Below, in pieces: positions 40,301 through 54,200 of a DNA stretch of 64,000 nt (positions are counted from its first letter, which is position 1; the number at the start of each line of letters is the position of its first letter). The stretch covers positions 3,116,422 through 3,180,421 of the forward strand of contig NC_092678.1 in NCBI RefSeq assembly GCF_964355755.1, given 5' to 3'. The notes beneath the pieces are model-generated. The model made no database searches. It was not told the DNA's origin and saw only the letters and a list, made by a program, of their open reading frames with translations. Source of the DNA: Antedon mediterranea (taxonomy: Eukaryota; Animalia; Echinodermata). Made by a program: the position numbers and the translations under genes.

Positions 40301-42349
40301 ATTTATTAAGTGAAAGAAAAAAGAAACATTTCTCCAGCATAGTCTTATAGCTTATGATGAACATAGATTGTTAAAGTATGTTCCAAGCAAGTCTTGTCAA
40401 TTTTAGGAGGCTAGAAAGGGATAAGTTCTCTACAACCACCAAGTTATAATACCTCTAATGAAATTTATAAACATCATCATTTTATAATACTACCCGTACA
40501 ATTCTTACATTGTTACTTTTTTGTGATATTATGAGGTATGATCACATGATGTTCAATAGTTACTGCTGCAGAATAGAAGTTAATGGTTCTATTAAATGGT
40601 TCCATTGCATGTGTTTTTACATAGAGATATTCTCTATGGTTTTTAGAATGTTGTGTGCGCTCTTTTCACTGTGGGGCTAAATTTGTGTTGCTAGGTATGT
40701 CCTCCTTTAAACACTGATGCTGTATTGCCAGGGATGTACTCATTATACCTTAGTGCTATAACTCACTATTAATACAACTATGATAGCCACCACTATCTGG
40801 CATTTTCTACATTAGTGTCATGCCATACATTATCACACTCATTACTTTATCTAATAATGATATGTCTTAGCGTGACCGTGGCAGTTGTCGTGTCATACAT
40901 CAGATATCTTAGAATAAAGCGTGTTAATGTGCTGCTTGGGATTTGGTAATTGCGAAACCCATGTGAGGTTCATTGTCAAATTACCATAATTTAACACGAA
41001 GCATGATGAATCTATTTGTGCTATGCTCATTCTCTATTCGTGCTATGCTCATTCTCTATTCATGTTAACACCAACAACATCAACTAACAAAATTGTCACC
41101 AACAAATGTTTACAAAGATTGTTTTATTTTATAAATTATATTTTGAAAGATCTCTGTAATTTCTGTGCACCAGTTTAGTCAACCTAAGTTTCCCAGATTT
41201 TAAGACTCTTGAACTACCCACGATCCCATGTTGTTTAATTTCCCATGATCCTATTGTTCTTCTTCCTTTATTTATAATTCACTTCTTGAATAAACTTCAA
41301 ATTGAGTCTGAAGTGTTTTGGCTTAAGATAATATTGAATATGTAAGTCATTCAAAGGTAGCCTTTGCAGTCTGTTTGTTGATTCTTTTTCACAAGAAATT
41401 TGTGAAAACACTTGTTTATTTTATCGTAATCAGTCAACCAGTAATATGGATAGTGTTTATAATTGGAGATGCTTGGTTGCAAGATAAATCTGATAAGAAT
41501 ATAATTAACTTACTGAGCTGTAAGAACGTATGAAGCATGACGAGTTGAGAAGATAGCTAAAGAATCAACCAGAAAGGAGATACTAGCCGAAGAACCAGTA
41601 AGAGCTAGTATATATGAGTCTATTTGGGGATTTTATTGTTTTATAATAAACAGGTAAGAATTTCCTATTAAATAATATTCTTCTCATGCAGTATGCAGAT
41701 AAGTAATTTGCATATTATAACCAAATTCTTATTAAGTGTCGCATGTAAATAAAGAATCATGAAGAGAGTGGGATTGTCTTTGAAAAATGTATTAGCTCTA
41801 TGTTGGAGCACTTCACTTGTGCTCTTGGCTATTACATGATCACTAGTTAGGATGTTATAGTAGATACTATATAAAATATGCAGAAATGTTGTATTTCAAT
41901 GAGTTGCAACCTTCATCCTAGATGTTTGTGATTGTTGGCTTATGGGATCAATTTTTAGTGCGGTGAATCACAGAATAATGATATAAATTAATATCAAAGT
42001 TCAGTGTTGAGATAGAGAATTTATGAAACATAAAAACCCCCACTATATATGCTGCTCAGTGTTTGCACAGACCAGCTACAAATGCGTGTATTTTTCCGTA
42101 AGTTACTTAGTATAGTACATAATAATACAGGTAGGTAGATTGTCGAATTAAACAACATTATATTATATTTCTTTGTTATATGGCATATGTTTCATTGATG
42201 AAGAGTAGTAGTAATAATCTTTCAACTGCTTTCGTCATTGATGAGATTTAAGTTGTAGAAATAAGTCTTTCTGTATGTTTTTCTGTAGAAGATATGCGTC
42301 TTACTTGACACTTGGCCTTAGGAATCAAGTCTAATGTCATATTGAATGA

Positions 42350-42477
42350 ATGTTATTACTTTTGAAGAAGATAAAAACCAGGTCTCTAGAATACCTAACA
42401 AATTTAGCAGTCTACAGCGAATCTGTGAGAAAAAAATTAGTAAGATTTGAATTTCTTAGCGAAGACATACCACACAG
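42350..42477 (+). CDS. Candidate alternative first coding exon (MLLLLKKIKTRSLEYLTNLAVYSESVRKKLVRFEFLSEDIPH), phase-2 donor
   Basis: 42 open codons plus AG, then CAG|gtagta. An acceptor ctgtatgtttttctgtag|42289 upstream suggests it is spliced to a non-coding exon (donor at 41653). Confidence 0.5.
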
Positions 42478-45237
42478 GTAGTAGAATTGAAAAGTCATTT
42501 AATTTTTCTGGACGCTCATTGGTTCTTCAAGTGTTGCATATAAATGTCTTGTACATTGTGGAAATACATTTAATACGAAATGATGATAATGATGATAATT
42601 TCTGAATTCTAATAATTTTCCAATAGAAATTCTATGTGATTACATTCTTGAGGTAATGTCATTTCTTTTTCTTTTAAAAAATGTATAATAATAATGATCG
42701 ATTTTAACTTTTAAATTTATGGAATAATCATTTCTAGTAATTATACTGTAATTTGATAGTTTAGAAATGTTTTCTCATTTTGTAATGTTACAGAAAGATC
42801 CATCATTTTTTTTTAATATAATTTTTTGAAACTCTGTTTTAAAGAGATAATAAATTTAAACTTTATAAATTTATTCTTCATATTTGTAATAATAATCAAA
42901 AGATTTCTTCTTTTCTAATCTTCTTTCTTCATATTAAAAGTAATTTAGAATGGAATATAGTATTCCCTGTAGTATAATTCATAGTTCCAGAATTCCTGGC
43001 TGTTTTTGATTGTATTTATTGTGATCATTGCTGGAGTGTTGTATATGGAGTGGCGAAATATTTGAATCCAATGGGACACTATTTTTCACAGTAATGGTTT
43101 GGCATTTTTACAAAATCTCATTTTGTGTCGGTTGATGACATATATTTTCTTACCTGCAACGAAAAGATTATTTTAAAGCAAATTATGTATTTATCATAAG
43201 TTTTCACTTTACGTGATATTAGGAACTTTAAATGATATAGACAAATTTACAAAGTAACAAAACCTTCCTCTACCATTCTTTGCATACCGTATATGGATTA
43301 GCCTCCCCAGAGAATGGGTGAGATCTATAATAGTCTGTCAAATAGAGATACCAAGAAGTAGTTCATCATTTTTATTTTAGCTGTCTAAAGAGGGAGCAAC
43401 ACTATACAAAAAATCACTAGTAAATGAGCAATATTAGTATTTATGTATTAAAACAAATTAAAAACTTTAAAACCTTCTCCGAACCATATTTTACCCAAAT
43501 TCTGAAAATCGGATGTAATGGCATCTCAATTGAATTGTGAAGCAGAGTATGAATTGATATTCATAGTAAATTGTATTGTACTTTCTCCTGACATTAATAC
43601 TGTATTTTATACCTGAGGCATTGCCCGACCACCTAGACTGATCATCATATCTAAATCTGATGAAATGCCTTCTACTAATTAGGTCAATTAAATGAATTAA
43701 TAAGATTTATTTGAATATAATTGAATTTCAATTCATGATGCATGGTGATGATAAGATAGGCTTAATTTATTATACCGGTATTTGGGAAGATATCTTCGCG
43801 GTTTAAGATCTAAAGAAAGAGCTGCAATAAAGTGTTTTAATGAAAACTTATTTTACTAATCTTAGAAGCAGAGATTTGAATAATGATAGAAGGCTTAATA
43901 AATTAAGTCAGAAGTAATTGGGTTTCAGAAGTGGTAGTAATTGTTAAATGATTACAACTCTGAAGAATATCATTTGGCACCTGTTTTATGCTTAAATAAA
44001 GAATAATGCATTTTATTTTTTGTTGAAAAAAACCTATTTCTAAATTTCAGCAAATATAGCTTGTTATTTTATAATATTTATTATATTACCTGCCCCAACC
44101 AATTTCAAAAACTTGGATCTGCTGCTGTACATTGTGGTCACTAAAGGTTATTGAACTATACCATTATAAAGATCATGCATATTCATGAGTTTTTGGCAAT
44201 TAATTTGATGACATCACTACTTCCTGTTGTCCTGCATTTGACCTGAATACAGGATATTGTAATGTGAAATCCCCAAGGAACCCCCCAGGAAGGAGCTTAC
44301 TTCCTAATGGAATAAATTCAAATGATATAGTTCGGCTGTTTGCCTTTTTCATATTTGATAATAATAAAAGTTAAGCTAAAAAAACAGGTGGTAGAGTAAT
44401 GTATGATTAATTACATTTTAATAACATTCTCTATTGATTATTGAACACTAGTAATATTATTATTAATGTTGTATTTTTAATTTACTCAATATATTTGGTA
44501 AAAGAAAGAAAGATTCAAATCTAAATGAAAAAACACAAATTTTTTAAACAAACTTAATCCATGTTATTTATTAAAAGAAACCAAAAAAGGACAATAATGT
44601 AGAAAAAAGATAATATTTATTGCGACATTAATTTGAATATTCAAATCTGAAAAATAAAAAAATTAAATTTATTTGATGTTGTATTTATTTTGCACACGTG
44701 GGCAATTCACACCGGTTTGTAGTATCACGCAACATGATTTTACTTATGTGTGATAATAATGATAATACGAATGTAATTAAGAATTTGCATATTCAGGGGC
44801 AATCTTGTACAACACTATAATACTGCTGTTTATTGTTGATAAGTTAAACGGGAAAGTCTGCAGTACGTACATGACTTCCTCGTGTTTATTAATGTGAACA
44901 GGACGATTCCTTAGTATTAAACATTTGACTGTGTAGACATTGAAAGAAAATGAACGTAATTTGAAGTCAGAATTTAAAAGCATTGTTGGTTTTCATTTGT
45001 AATTAATATCCTAATTCAACATGATAGGTTTGTGCGCTGATGACTTTTCAATAACATTAACAATTACACATTTTCGGTTTAATTTGTCTTTGGTGTCTGC
45101 TAAGTTGCTATAATTAGAAGATGGGTTACTAGTTCTAGGTTTCTCTTCCATGTTGCTTTTTTAGTGTCTGGTAGGTTCAAATATTATTCAAGGTCATATA
45201 TTAATAATTGAAATTATAACTAATAGATAATGTATAA

Positions 45238-45480
45238 GGAGTGGAGCTGTAGCTTGGTGGTTAATGTGCTTGCCTTCCAATCCCAAGGTCCTGGGTTCAA
45301 TCCTGACCAAGTGCAGGGTTGTAACTCATGACTCTTTCAACTCCACTCCCTAAGCCTCAAATGAGACTTAGTTTATAAGCACGATAAATTATTAAATAGT
45401 TTATCCATCCTGTTATTGGCGAGTTCATCGCTGTTGGATGAGTATGAATAAAAAAATAAAAAAATAAAAAAAAATAAAAA
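45238..45480 (+). mobile_element. tRNA-derived SINE, copy 2 (tRNA-Gly-like head)
   Basis: A box TAGCTTGGTGG, GCCTTCCAA anticodon-loop-like segment, B box GGTTCAATCC, 3' hairpin and a tail of T followed by A-runs. Confidence 0.88.
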
Positions 45481-45519
45481 TGCTTTTCATATTCCCTTGA
45501 AATGAACAAGGGACAATAT

Positions 45520-45590
45520 ATGTAATAAATATAAATTAAAGGGAAACTTTGTTGGGTCTTAAAGGTGTCCCCTTAATAGGAGTTCTACTT
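45520..45590. mobile_element. Degenerate Tc1/mariner-pogo-type MITE fragment; related pieces at ~19800-19850, 48460-48582, 60159-60203 and 62311-62445
   Basis: Shared ttgttgggtc..gtgtcccct..ggagttctact motif; the 62311 copy begins TA|CAGTAGAACCCC, typical of TA-targeting elements. Confidence 0.55.
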
Positions 45591-47522
45591 TACACTTACA
45601 TTTTAAATTTTCTTATAAAACTGAACACATCTGGAAATTTTTTTTCATTTTCCATCTCAGTTCATATTTCTTTAAACCAACAGTTTCATTTTCTAAATTC
45701 AACAATCAGTTTCTAGAAACGACTCGTCAACAACACCTGATACTTTGAGAAATTTCAAAATATGCTATTTCCATTGAAACTATAGCCATTTTTTCAACAC
45801 AGCAATTTCATTTTTCCTTAAAAACTAAAGGTTATATGTCAAATAAAAACATTTCAATGGGATTTGTTTCAAACTGTTTGAGGATATTAATAATAATATT
45901 GAAATTGATTTTTATCTTTACTTTTTGAAATTAGAAATATTTAAACTAATGGAATTGAAGGTTAAAGAAATATTTCAATTTTTGTATTGGAATTGTTTAA
46001 TTTTGCAGTGTAAAAAATTTAAAAGCTATATTAAATATCTTATTGAAACATAAAGCATTTTTTAATTTTGCAGTGAAAAAATATTCTTTAATACCAACGC
46101 ATTGAAAAGCTGCACTAAAAATCTTAGTGGGACAAACAGACAAATAAGAAATTGCCAACAACTAAAAAGTATATTTAGAGAGATACATAATTATTGTAAG
46201 CGTGACATGGTGGTACCCGTGGTATTACTTATGTCGCTTGTATGTATAATTGATTTGTTAATATTGTTGTTCTATTTTTATCATTTCTCGATTACCGGAT
46301 CTGACATTCGTACCGTAAATTACAACTATGACGTTACGCTATTGATATATCGTTGTCTATGCTCATAAACATTTACTTTGTGTCCGATATTGTATTACTA
46401 ATTGGCTATGTATCGCATGTCATTATGTATTAATTTCATATTTTCATATCGTGTAAAGTTTTTATTCTGTTTTTCATTTGTCTTATGCATTTAAAACCTG
46501 GATAAAAACACTGTTTTTTAACATGTTATAATATTTGATAACTATATAATTTATAGCATTTAATACCATTACCAACCACAGAAATTGAGAATTGATAACT
46601 ATATTTTGCTCATAACATTTATTAAGAACATTTTACAGAAGTTTTTTATTTTAATACAATTTTCAACTAATCACTATAGAATACAGTAATATATTAGGAA
46701 AAGGCATTTTACTTATTATTGTGTGTTTGTTTACTACAGGCTTACTTATAGGTATAATAGCCTGCCCTACTTTTCATACTAACTATCCCAAAGTATTCTT
46801 TATCATTATGTAATATTATACCTTATTACTACTATTAGGTTACCAATACTTTACAGTAACTTATTTTTCTTTGTTTCTTTCTTCACACTGTTCTTTTGTG
46901 TACCTGTTGTAAATCCTACAGAGAATAAACAATTAATTCAAAGATCGGCTTCGTCTAAGAGAAGTCTGATAAAAGTTTCTTTCATTGTTTGTTAGCACCG
47001 CCAATAAAGACACTCTGTCATACCATCAGTCCCAGTAGACTGAACAAATCTGTATAATTACGTGATTGGTGTGATTGTGCAGTTTCATTGCAGATTTTTA
47101 GACACACACAGCATCCTTATTTAGTTGCCCAGGCAATGTCCTATTAATTGGATGACTGACAGTTTTGCTGAGTTGTAAAAACCGTTTTTATGAACAATTT
47201 TTCTGTTGACATTCATTACACAGGTTCTAGTTGTTGTTGTAAATTGAACTACTATATTAAACTCATTTAATTTTTTACTATAGTAGCATTTTTGTATGCA
47301 CAGTGTTTGATTGTGTAGTTTGCACAATCCCCTTTTGTCGATGTTATTAAATTTAACAAACTAATTTAACTGTTTAGTTCATGATTGATAGACAGATTTC
47401 AATCAATGTTAGGAAGGGTTTCCTTGAATCCAGACAAGTAGGTTGTGGTTGCCAAAATGCAAGTTGCTATGAATTATGATGTCAAAAAACCACAAGATCC
47501 TGGTAAAGTGTTTCTTTCAAAT

Positions 47523-47586
47523 GTAGGGATCACTTTTGGTTATGGAAAGTTGGGTAGGGATCACTTTTGGTTATGGAAAGTTGGGT
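47523..47586. repeat. 31-bp perfect tandem duplication
   Basis: gtagggatcacttttggttatggaaagttgg x2. Confidence 0.9.
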
Positions 47587-47660
47587 GGGTCAAGAGTTTG
47601 AAGTTAAAAGGTTCCTAAATGTACGTCATCATAAATTACTCTATTTCATCACCATCATTA

Positions 47661-48013
47661 AGGGGCATTCCCACCTGTTCCGTTTCACGGAACGGAAGAC
47701 GGCGCCGTTTTTGTCAACGTGACGCGCCCGTTCACCGTTCCGTTTTAATCATTCACACCTGTTACCGTTTTGTGACGTATTCCGTGACATAATAAACTAT
47801 GAAACGGGTTATGATTGGTCAAAGTAGACCGTGTTTCGTTTCCGTTCCGTTTCTATCAAGTTATGAGCGATCGTTCCGTTGTTTTTCACCGGCCGTTCTT
47901 TTTTCACGGGACGGATTTGGTGTAAATGCTGCTATTGTTTTAACGCTTTTCGATTTTCTAACAAAACGGTGCCGTTCTCCGTTCCGTGAAACGGAACAGG
48001 TGTGAATGCCCCT
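47661..48013. mobile_element. PIF/Harbinger-type MITE, family B (353 bp)
   Basis: 35-bp TIR AGGGGCATTC(C/A)CACCTGTTCCGTTTCACGGAACGG with one mismatch; TTA at 47658-47660 and 48014-48016. Confidence 0.92.
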
Positions 48014-50759
48014 TTAGATTCCTAAAAAAGTAGCCTGTAATTTACTATATTAATTGTTTAAATGTACAAATTTAGCATTTTTTATATTTCTTTTTTGAAT
48101 AAATGTTGAAGAAATGAAAATAGTACTGTACGATGAAGATCAACACATAAAGTGTTATTTATGTAACTTTTATTAGATGAAAAGACAAAGCCTGAAAAAA
48201 AAATCCCTCCCAAAAAAGATTTTATAATGCCCTCAATTTATAAATGCTGTTTTTATTGGTTTATAGGAGTAAGTCTAGTGTTTTATTGCATCATAATAAT
48301 ATATTATGTAAAATTTCCTTCAATAAAAACCTTGATCAAGTTCAACATTATACAAGGTTACCTAATTACCACATTCATACTTTACTTTCTTTTAATTATT
48401 ATTTAACCTTCTAAATCCACAACAATGTTAGTGAATTTAGAATGTTCCATTTTGCAAACAGGAACATTAAATGTATGTTTTTATATTCCTCCTAAATAAA
48501 TGTCTTTTGTTTGTTTCACAGGACATTGTACCCTATGCGAGTGTCCCCTAAATAGGAGTATCCCAAAGGGAATGTTCCATTGTTAATGGAAACTCCCAAG
48601 ATTTATACTATTGTTAGAGCATCTTGGCTTTAATAAACATATTAATCTTTATGATATAGTAAACATTCATTCAACATGATGTATGTGTAATATTTAAATA
48701 TTAAACTACATATTGGAAACTTGAATTATAGGCAGTTACTTTTACTATACTGCTTGATGTAGACATTCAGTAAATATTTGATGTTATATTGAGTGAATAT
48801 CTAATGTATGCTCAGTACATTAGATTGCTTTGTGATGTTTATTATGCAGACATATCTGATTGATATGCATGTATTCATCAAAGGGCTAATGATTTGCTTT
48901 CTGTCAATGTAACTTAAATTGAATACAGTGACGATGTCCGTCTGATGCAGTGATGGTTTTAACTGTTTTCAATCTGTAGTAATAATTATACTAACTATTA
49001 TAAATAAAGATGTCTTGTCTCTCAAAACATACAAAACTCTGAATAGGCCATTTTGTAGTATTAATAAAGTTATACAAAAATGGGAAAATAAACGGAAAGG
49101 AAAAAAGGAAAACATAATCAATTGAATTTAACAAAAAAAATTAATTATTTCAGTGTACTCAAATTTTTGTAAAGACAATATCTTTAACTCGCTGCATATC
49201 ATATTTTAGAAAATTAGTAAAATAATATTCAAACGCTGATTTCTTCTTTAAATTTTCTTATATATTATTGCCCTTATAAAATATGTAGTTTGCATAAAAC
49301 TCCTCAACTGCGCACGTTGATGAATTAATGACAGTTTTCATTATACATAATCTGTCGGAAATTCTTTAGCATTGTAAATAACGACATTTGAGTATCGTTT
49401 TTGAGATGTTCGTATTTAAAGTGTTTGGAATCGCGTGTGTGCAAGATATCACTGTAATTGTGCTCCTATTGCTAATAAGCATCGTTTGATCTTTATTGGT
49501 CGTAAGAATGCATCTGTTTTTAGCACAGCTCCTCAAGCCCCACATAACTGTCATTCTTCTATAGTGTACGAGATGGCTTTATAACAGTGCATTCAATCAG
49601 AGCCTATTCTAGTGTCTGAATGCTCAACATATTTTGACTTCTAGCTTAGAGGATATAACTTAGCTACTGTATGATGCTTTTAATGCGGATGATATTTTTT
49701 AAATTCTCAATTAACAACTTGGATTTGTCTAATTCTCTTTATCAACTTGGATTATATGATAAATAAAGGGTCTTAAAAGGTATGTTAATGTATGTTGCTG
49801 TAGATTATATATTTATTTAACTTTTAGATTAATTTTGCAACAGAATATTTTACATAGATGTTGATCAATCAATATTAGGTCATAATTGTTTTTCTGAATA
49901 TTTAAGTAGATAGTTTACCAGAATATTTACCAGCCCACATACCAATTTGCTGGCTGAATCAACATAAATTGCCCGCATAGTTAATATACTACAACCACTG
50001 TCGCCAATATCTGTTGGAATATTTATTATTATTTTGAGTATATGGTGAAAATAAATTGATACCTGATGCCTGATACATTGTACTAATACATACGGCTAGT
50101 AAGTATTATTCTAAGCTGATACTTATTTGTGTGCTAGGGAAATAAACATTTGGTATTCGAAGGAAAATATGTGTATCAAAAGTTTGTTTAGTTTAATAAA
50201 GTCTCTTTAAATTAAACTTTGCTTAAAAATACTGTAAATAATTTGAAACAAATTGACATTGAATGTTGTCATGAGGATTAATATCAGCTGTCACTGGTAT
50301 TACATAAGCATCTCCCTGAAATATTTATGTTCATGTTGTGAAGGCCCTGAAGTATATTGACAGCTTGACGTTCTTACATTGATGGATAAACAACAAATGT
50401 CAAATTTGTATCTTTCTCCGTCATACGTATTCCAACGTATTCCATAACTAAAATGGTGGTTATTTATAGTGTTATAGTATGGTAAGATGAAATTTTACAT
50501 TCATTTATTTGGTATAGACATAGAGATATTATAGTGATATCACTATAATATATCTATGGTATAGTCTCCCGTATAGTCTACATGTACACGCATTTGGTCC
50601 ATCCATCCAATAACATTTGTCCAGACAATGAGTATCAGTCTTTTTTAGGATAATTGCAATAGCAAGTTAAATCGCTGTCCTTGTTGACAATCCTTTCACA
50701 GGAAAACTTCAAGAGATCCTTTACTTAAATAATTCTTAAGGAATTAAGTTGTTTTTATT

Positions 50760-51238
50760 CCGGGAAAAACTTGTGGAATCAGTCAGGATTTTAATGAAAA
50801 TATTCTTATAATGCTATTTAAATGTTTAAAAGAAATAGCTCCAAGATACTTAACAATTTTATTTACTGTAGATAACCATAATAAATGCACCCGCTCCCAA
50901 AGTAATAATGACTTATCTATTCCATTATGGAATAACTCTCAGGGTAAAAGAACTTTTGTTTATAGATCAACTAAATTATGGAATTCTCTACCAAATAACA
51001 TAAAATCAGAACTGCATAATATGTCTTTGGCAACTTTTAAACCTTCACTATAGAAAACATATATGTATTAACCTTTTTGCCTTCACAATTGTAAATAGTT
51101 TTATATCTGTTTTCTTTCTTTTTGTTTTTCTTTTATATTTTGTTTTTGTTGTAAATATGTTTACTGAACCACTTTGGAAATCAGTACATTTGTATTGAAA
51201 GTGTATTTCAGTTTAAAGAAAGAAGAAATAAATAAAAA
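50760..51238 (+). mobile_element. 5'-truncated CR1/L2-group LINE (ORF2 C-terminus plus 3' UTR)
   Basis: FKCLKEIAPRYL..TRSQ..LSIP..GKRTFVYRSTKLWNSLP..SLATFK is the typical post-RT C-terminal motif. It is followed by a T-rich UTR, an ACTGAA..TTCAGT stem and an A-rich tail. Confidence 0.85.
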
Positions 51239-54200
51239 CTGAGGACTGTGCAAGTATCTTCACCAAAAAGTCAACAATTTCTTGCAATTTTCTTCCATAT
51301 TTCTTGATAAATAAAAGTATCAATGTATGTATTCTTGAGATTATAATATAACTATAAATTAGTATTTTCATCTACTATATATTATGTAATAACAGCTATG
51401 CTGCGTTTCTAAGATGTGCTTCATTTATTATTGCTTTATACACAGCACAGACAAATTACAGAATTGCAATTATCACTGTCTTGTCTGCTTATTTGCAAAT
51501 AGTCCTTCAATACATTGCACTGACGAGACAACAATTTAACAATTGTAATTCTTGATATATATATCCTATCCTGACTGCCAAGTAACTATTTTAATACTGT
51601 GTATGCAACAGACAATAAAGGAATTGTAATTCTTGTAATGCTTGCGTGTGGTGAATGAACAAAAGTAAGTGAACAGGGATTCTTTCACAGCTCTTTGCTA
51701 ATCCTTTGAAAGGAGCTATTGACAATTGGGTTTAAAGTAGGCTTTGAAAACGTAGGCCCTGAAACTTATTCTAAGCTACTATTAAGTTGCAACTGCAACA
51801 GTCAATATAGTTGCTGGAAATATACCTTGTAAATAAATGTGTTAGAAGTTTCAGTAGGAATCATTATATTAAATTTTTTAATTTGTAAGGTATAAGGTAA
51901 GTGAGATTGAAATTGAAATTGTTGCTTTGTTGAAATTGTTTTTGTGGAGGATATTCATGGCTGTAGGCACTGTAAGTACTGGTTAAATGAACTGCTGTAT
52001 TTAGGGCATACTCATTTAAGAGAATGCTAAATGTTCAGGTAATGTGAAATTTATACATTGTATCAAAACAAATTATTTGTGTTTTTAATAATAGCAGTAT
52101 TGGGTTAAGTATTCCGTTGTAAATGATTGATTATGATTTCTATCGATTAGTTTTCAGCATATTATATAAAGGAGTTTTCGTTTACCAATCTGTTCTCTTT
52201 ATCTATTTAGTTATTCATCCATCTGTGTTCTTGAATAATATACTTTAATATTATTTTAAAATATAAAATATTACAAAAACAAGATTTTCCCATGTGAGCC
52301 GTTTGCACACTTGTCAAAATCTTAGATAATTATGATCATCATAACCAGAAACTTGATAGTATATACAGCATTTAACAACTATTTTTTTATATTATTCTTT
52401 GCCTATTATTTTCAGCCAATCACATGCTGTATCAACAAAACAGAATTCCGTTTGTCAAAATATAATTTCCCTTGTGTCGCATAGCCTCTTTGATCCTATT
52501 TAAATTTCCTTATATCTCTTCAGAAGTTTTTCCCTTGATATTTAGTTTTATTAGTCAGTATGTCTACAACATTAACTTCGATTTTGTTAATGTAATTGTC
52601 TTATGGTAGTCATTTTTATTTGTTTTCAAGAGCACAGATCCAGAAGAAAAAGTTAACCCATGTTCTTTGTGAACAAACAAATACAAATGTATGTGAGGAT
52701 TACTAGAAACTTGGTCCTGATTGAGTTAGATTAGTTACATGAATAGTACTAGATTTAGTTTGTCACGAGACGTTATCCACGCAAATGCAACATGTAGTAA
52801 GTAGAGAGTTAATACTATATCTAACATCCCATGACCTGATGTTGTGCTGAATTGTTTGCATTTTCTATCTACAAAAAATGTTTAAAAATCGGATTGGTCA
52901 TTTTATTATGGATAATATATGTGTAAAACAAATACACAAGCAAGTTCTGTTTGTAATACAAAAGTTAATTTAGTTTACAATACTTTTGTAAGATAATTAT
53001 TTGAAGAGAGCTTATGAGTCAGCCTTCAGTCTACAATGTTGTTATGTATGCTGTAGGGGAAACAACAAACAATAACTTTGATCAGTTTGTGCAAAGTTTG
53101 CATTTGTCAGAGGAATGTGGATGATTCGGTTAACTGATCTCACTTCACTTTAATTAGTTGTAAAGTCAACACACCAGTAGCGGAACTTCAGCAGTTATTT
53201 CCCTCATGCAAAGGTGACCTGAGCGGCAAGCTCTAACAAGGCTTGAGTTGTGGCACGTTTCCCCCCTCATGAATTGGCGAGTGTATGGTGTGAGTCGGCG
53301 ATAGGTTCTTTATTAGATTATCAGTCGTAACACAATTCTTATTTGCAGTAGCAACAGTCATAACGTGAACAATGTTGTTTTAGTTATTGGATTGCCTTGC
53401 TAAGCACAGCAGTGATATTTTTCTATTGTACAGGTAAAATATTCTTCATTATTAATTTTTTTTCTTTCTATATAATATATTCAATAGCACATGCTATATT
53501 AATTGCTAAATTGCTAACTGTGTTTCTTTAGGACATTCAACTTTGGCTAAAAGTTCATTAAGTTTTGTTTAATACTCTTTCTATGACATTAGTAACTTTT
53601 GTTATTCATACACTTTGGTATTACTTACTATGTGCAGTAGTTTCAATAGTATACTCTATTCTAGTACACTAAACTGATATTGTTTTTAGGACAGTGAACT
53701 TTTAATCTTATGCAAGACATATTGCACTATCTTTACTATCTTTTGTTGTTTGGTTTTAAATATTTATCTCTTCCTGATAAAGTTACTATTAAAAGTACAT
53801 TATTAGTTTTTGTATTATTGTGCAGTTTTTTATTCAAAATGTTTATTTCTCGCTTGTTCAATAATTCTTTAGTGTGCTATTCTAGACCAAACCCCATAAA
53901 CCTACATAAAAAAAATGGTTTGGAGTAGTACATATATTATTTATAATACTGTTATGTGAATATACTTGAACTTGGTGCTTTTGATTGTCACTGCTGTGAT
54001 GGTCATATAAGTGATGGTCATAAGAAAGATATAGTCACAGAGTTTTACAAGAGTAATAAATAAGACGCTTGTCAAAATGTAATGATAATATAGAAATGGT
54101 AAACTAATCATATTTTTATTATAAAATATATCAGACAAGCTAGTGAATATTCCAGATGTTAAAATGAAACCTCATTTCATATTAATATCGACCTTTGTTT

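Noticed and set aside
45238-45312. tRNA-Gly gene
   Set aside because: Acceptor and anticodon stems do not pair properly, and the sequence continues into a shared body and A-rich tail, so it is a SINE head (likewise 24296).
47799-48005. 68-aa ORF
   Set aside because: Lies wholly within a non-autonomous MITE and shows no transposase motifs.
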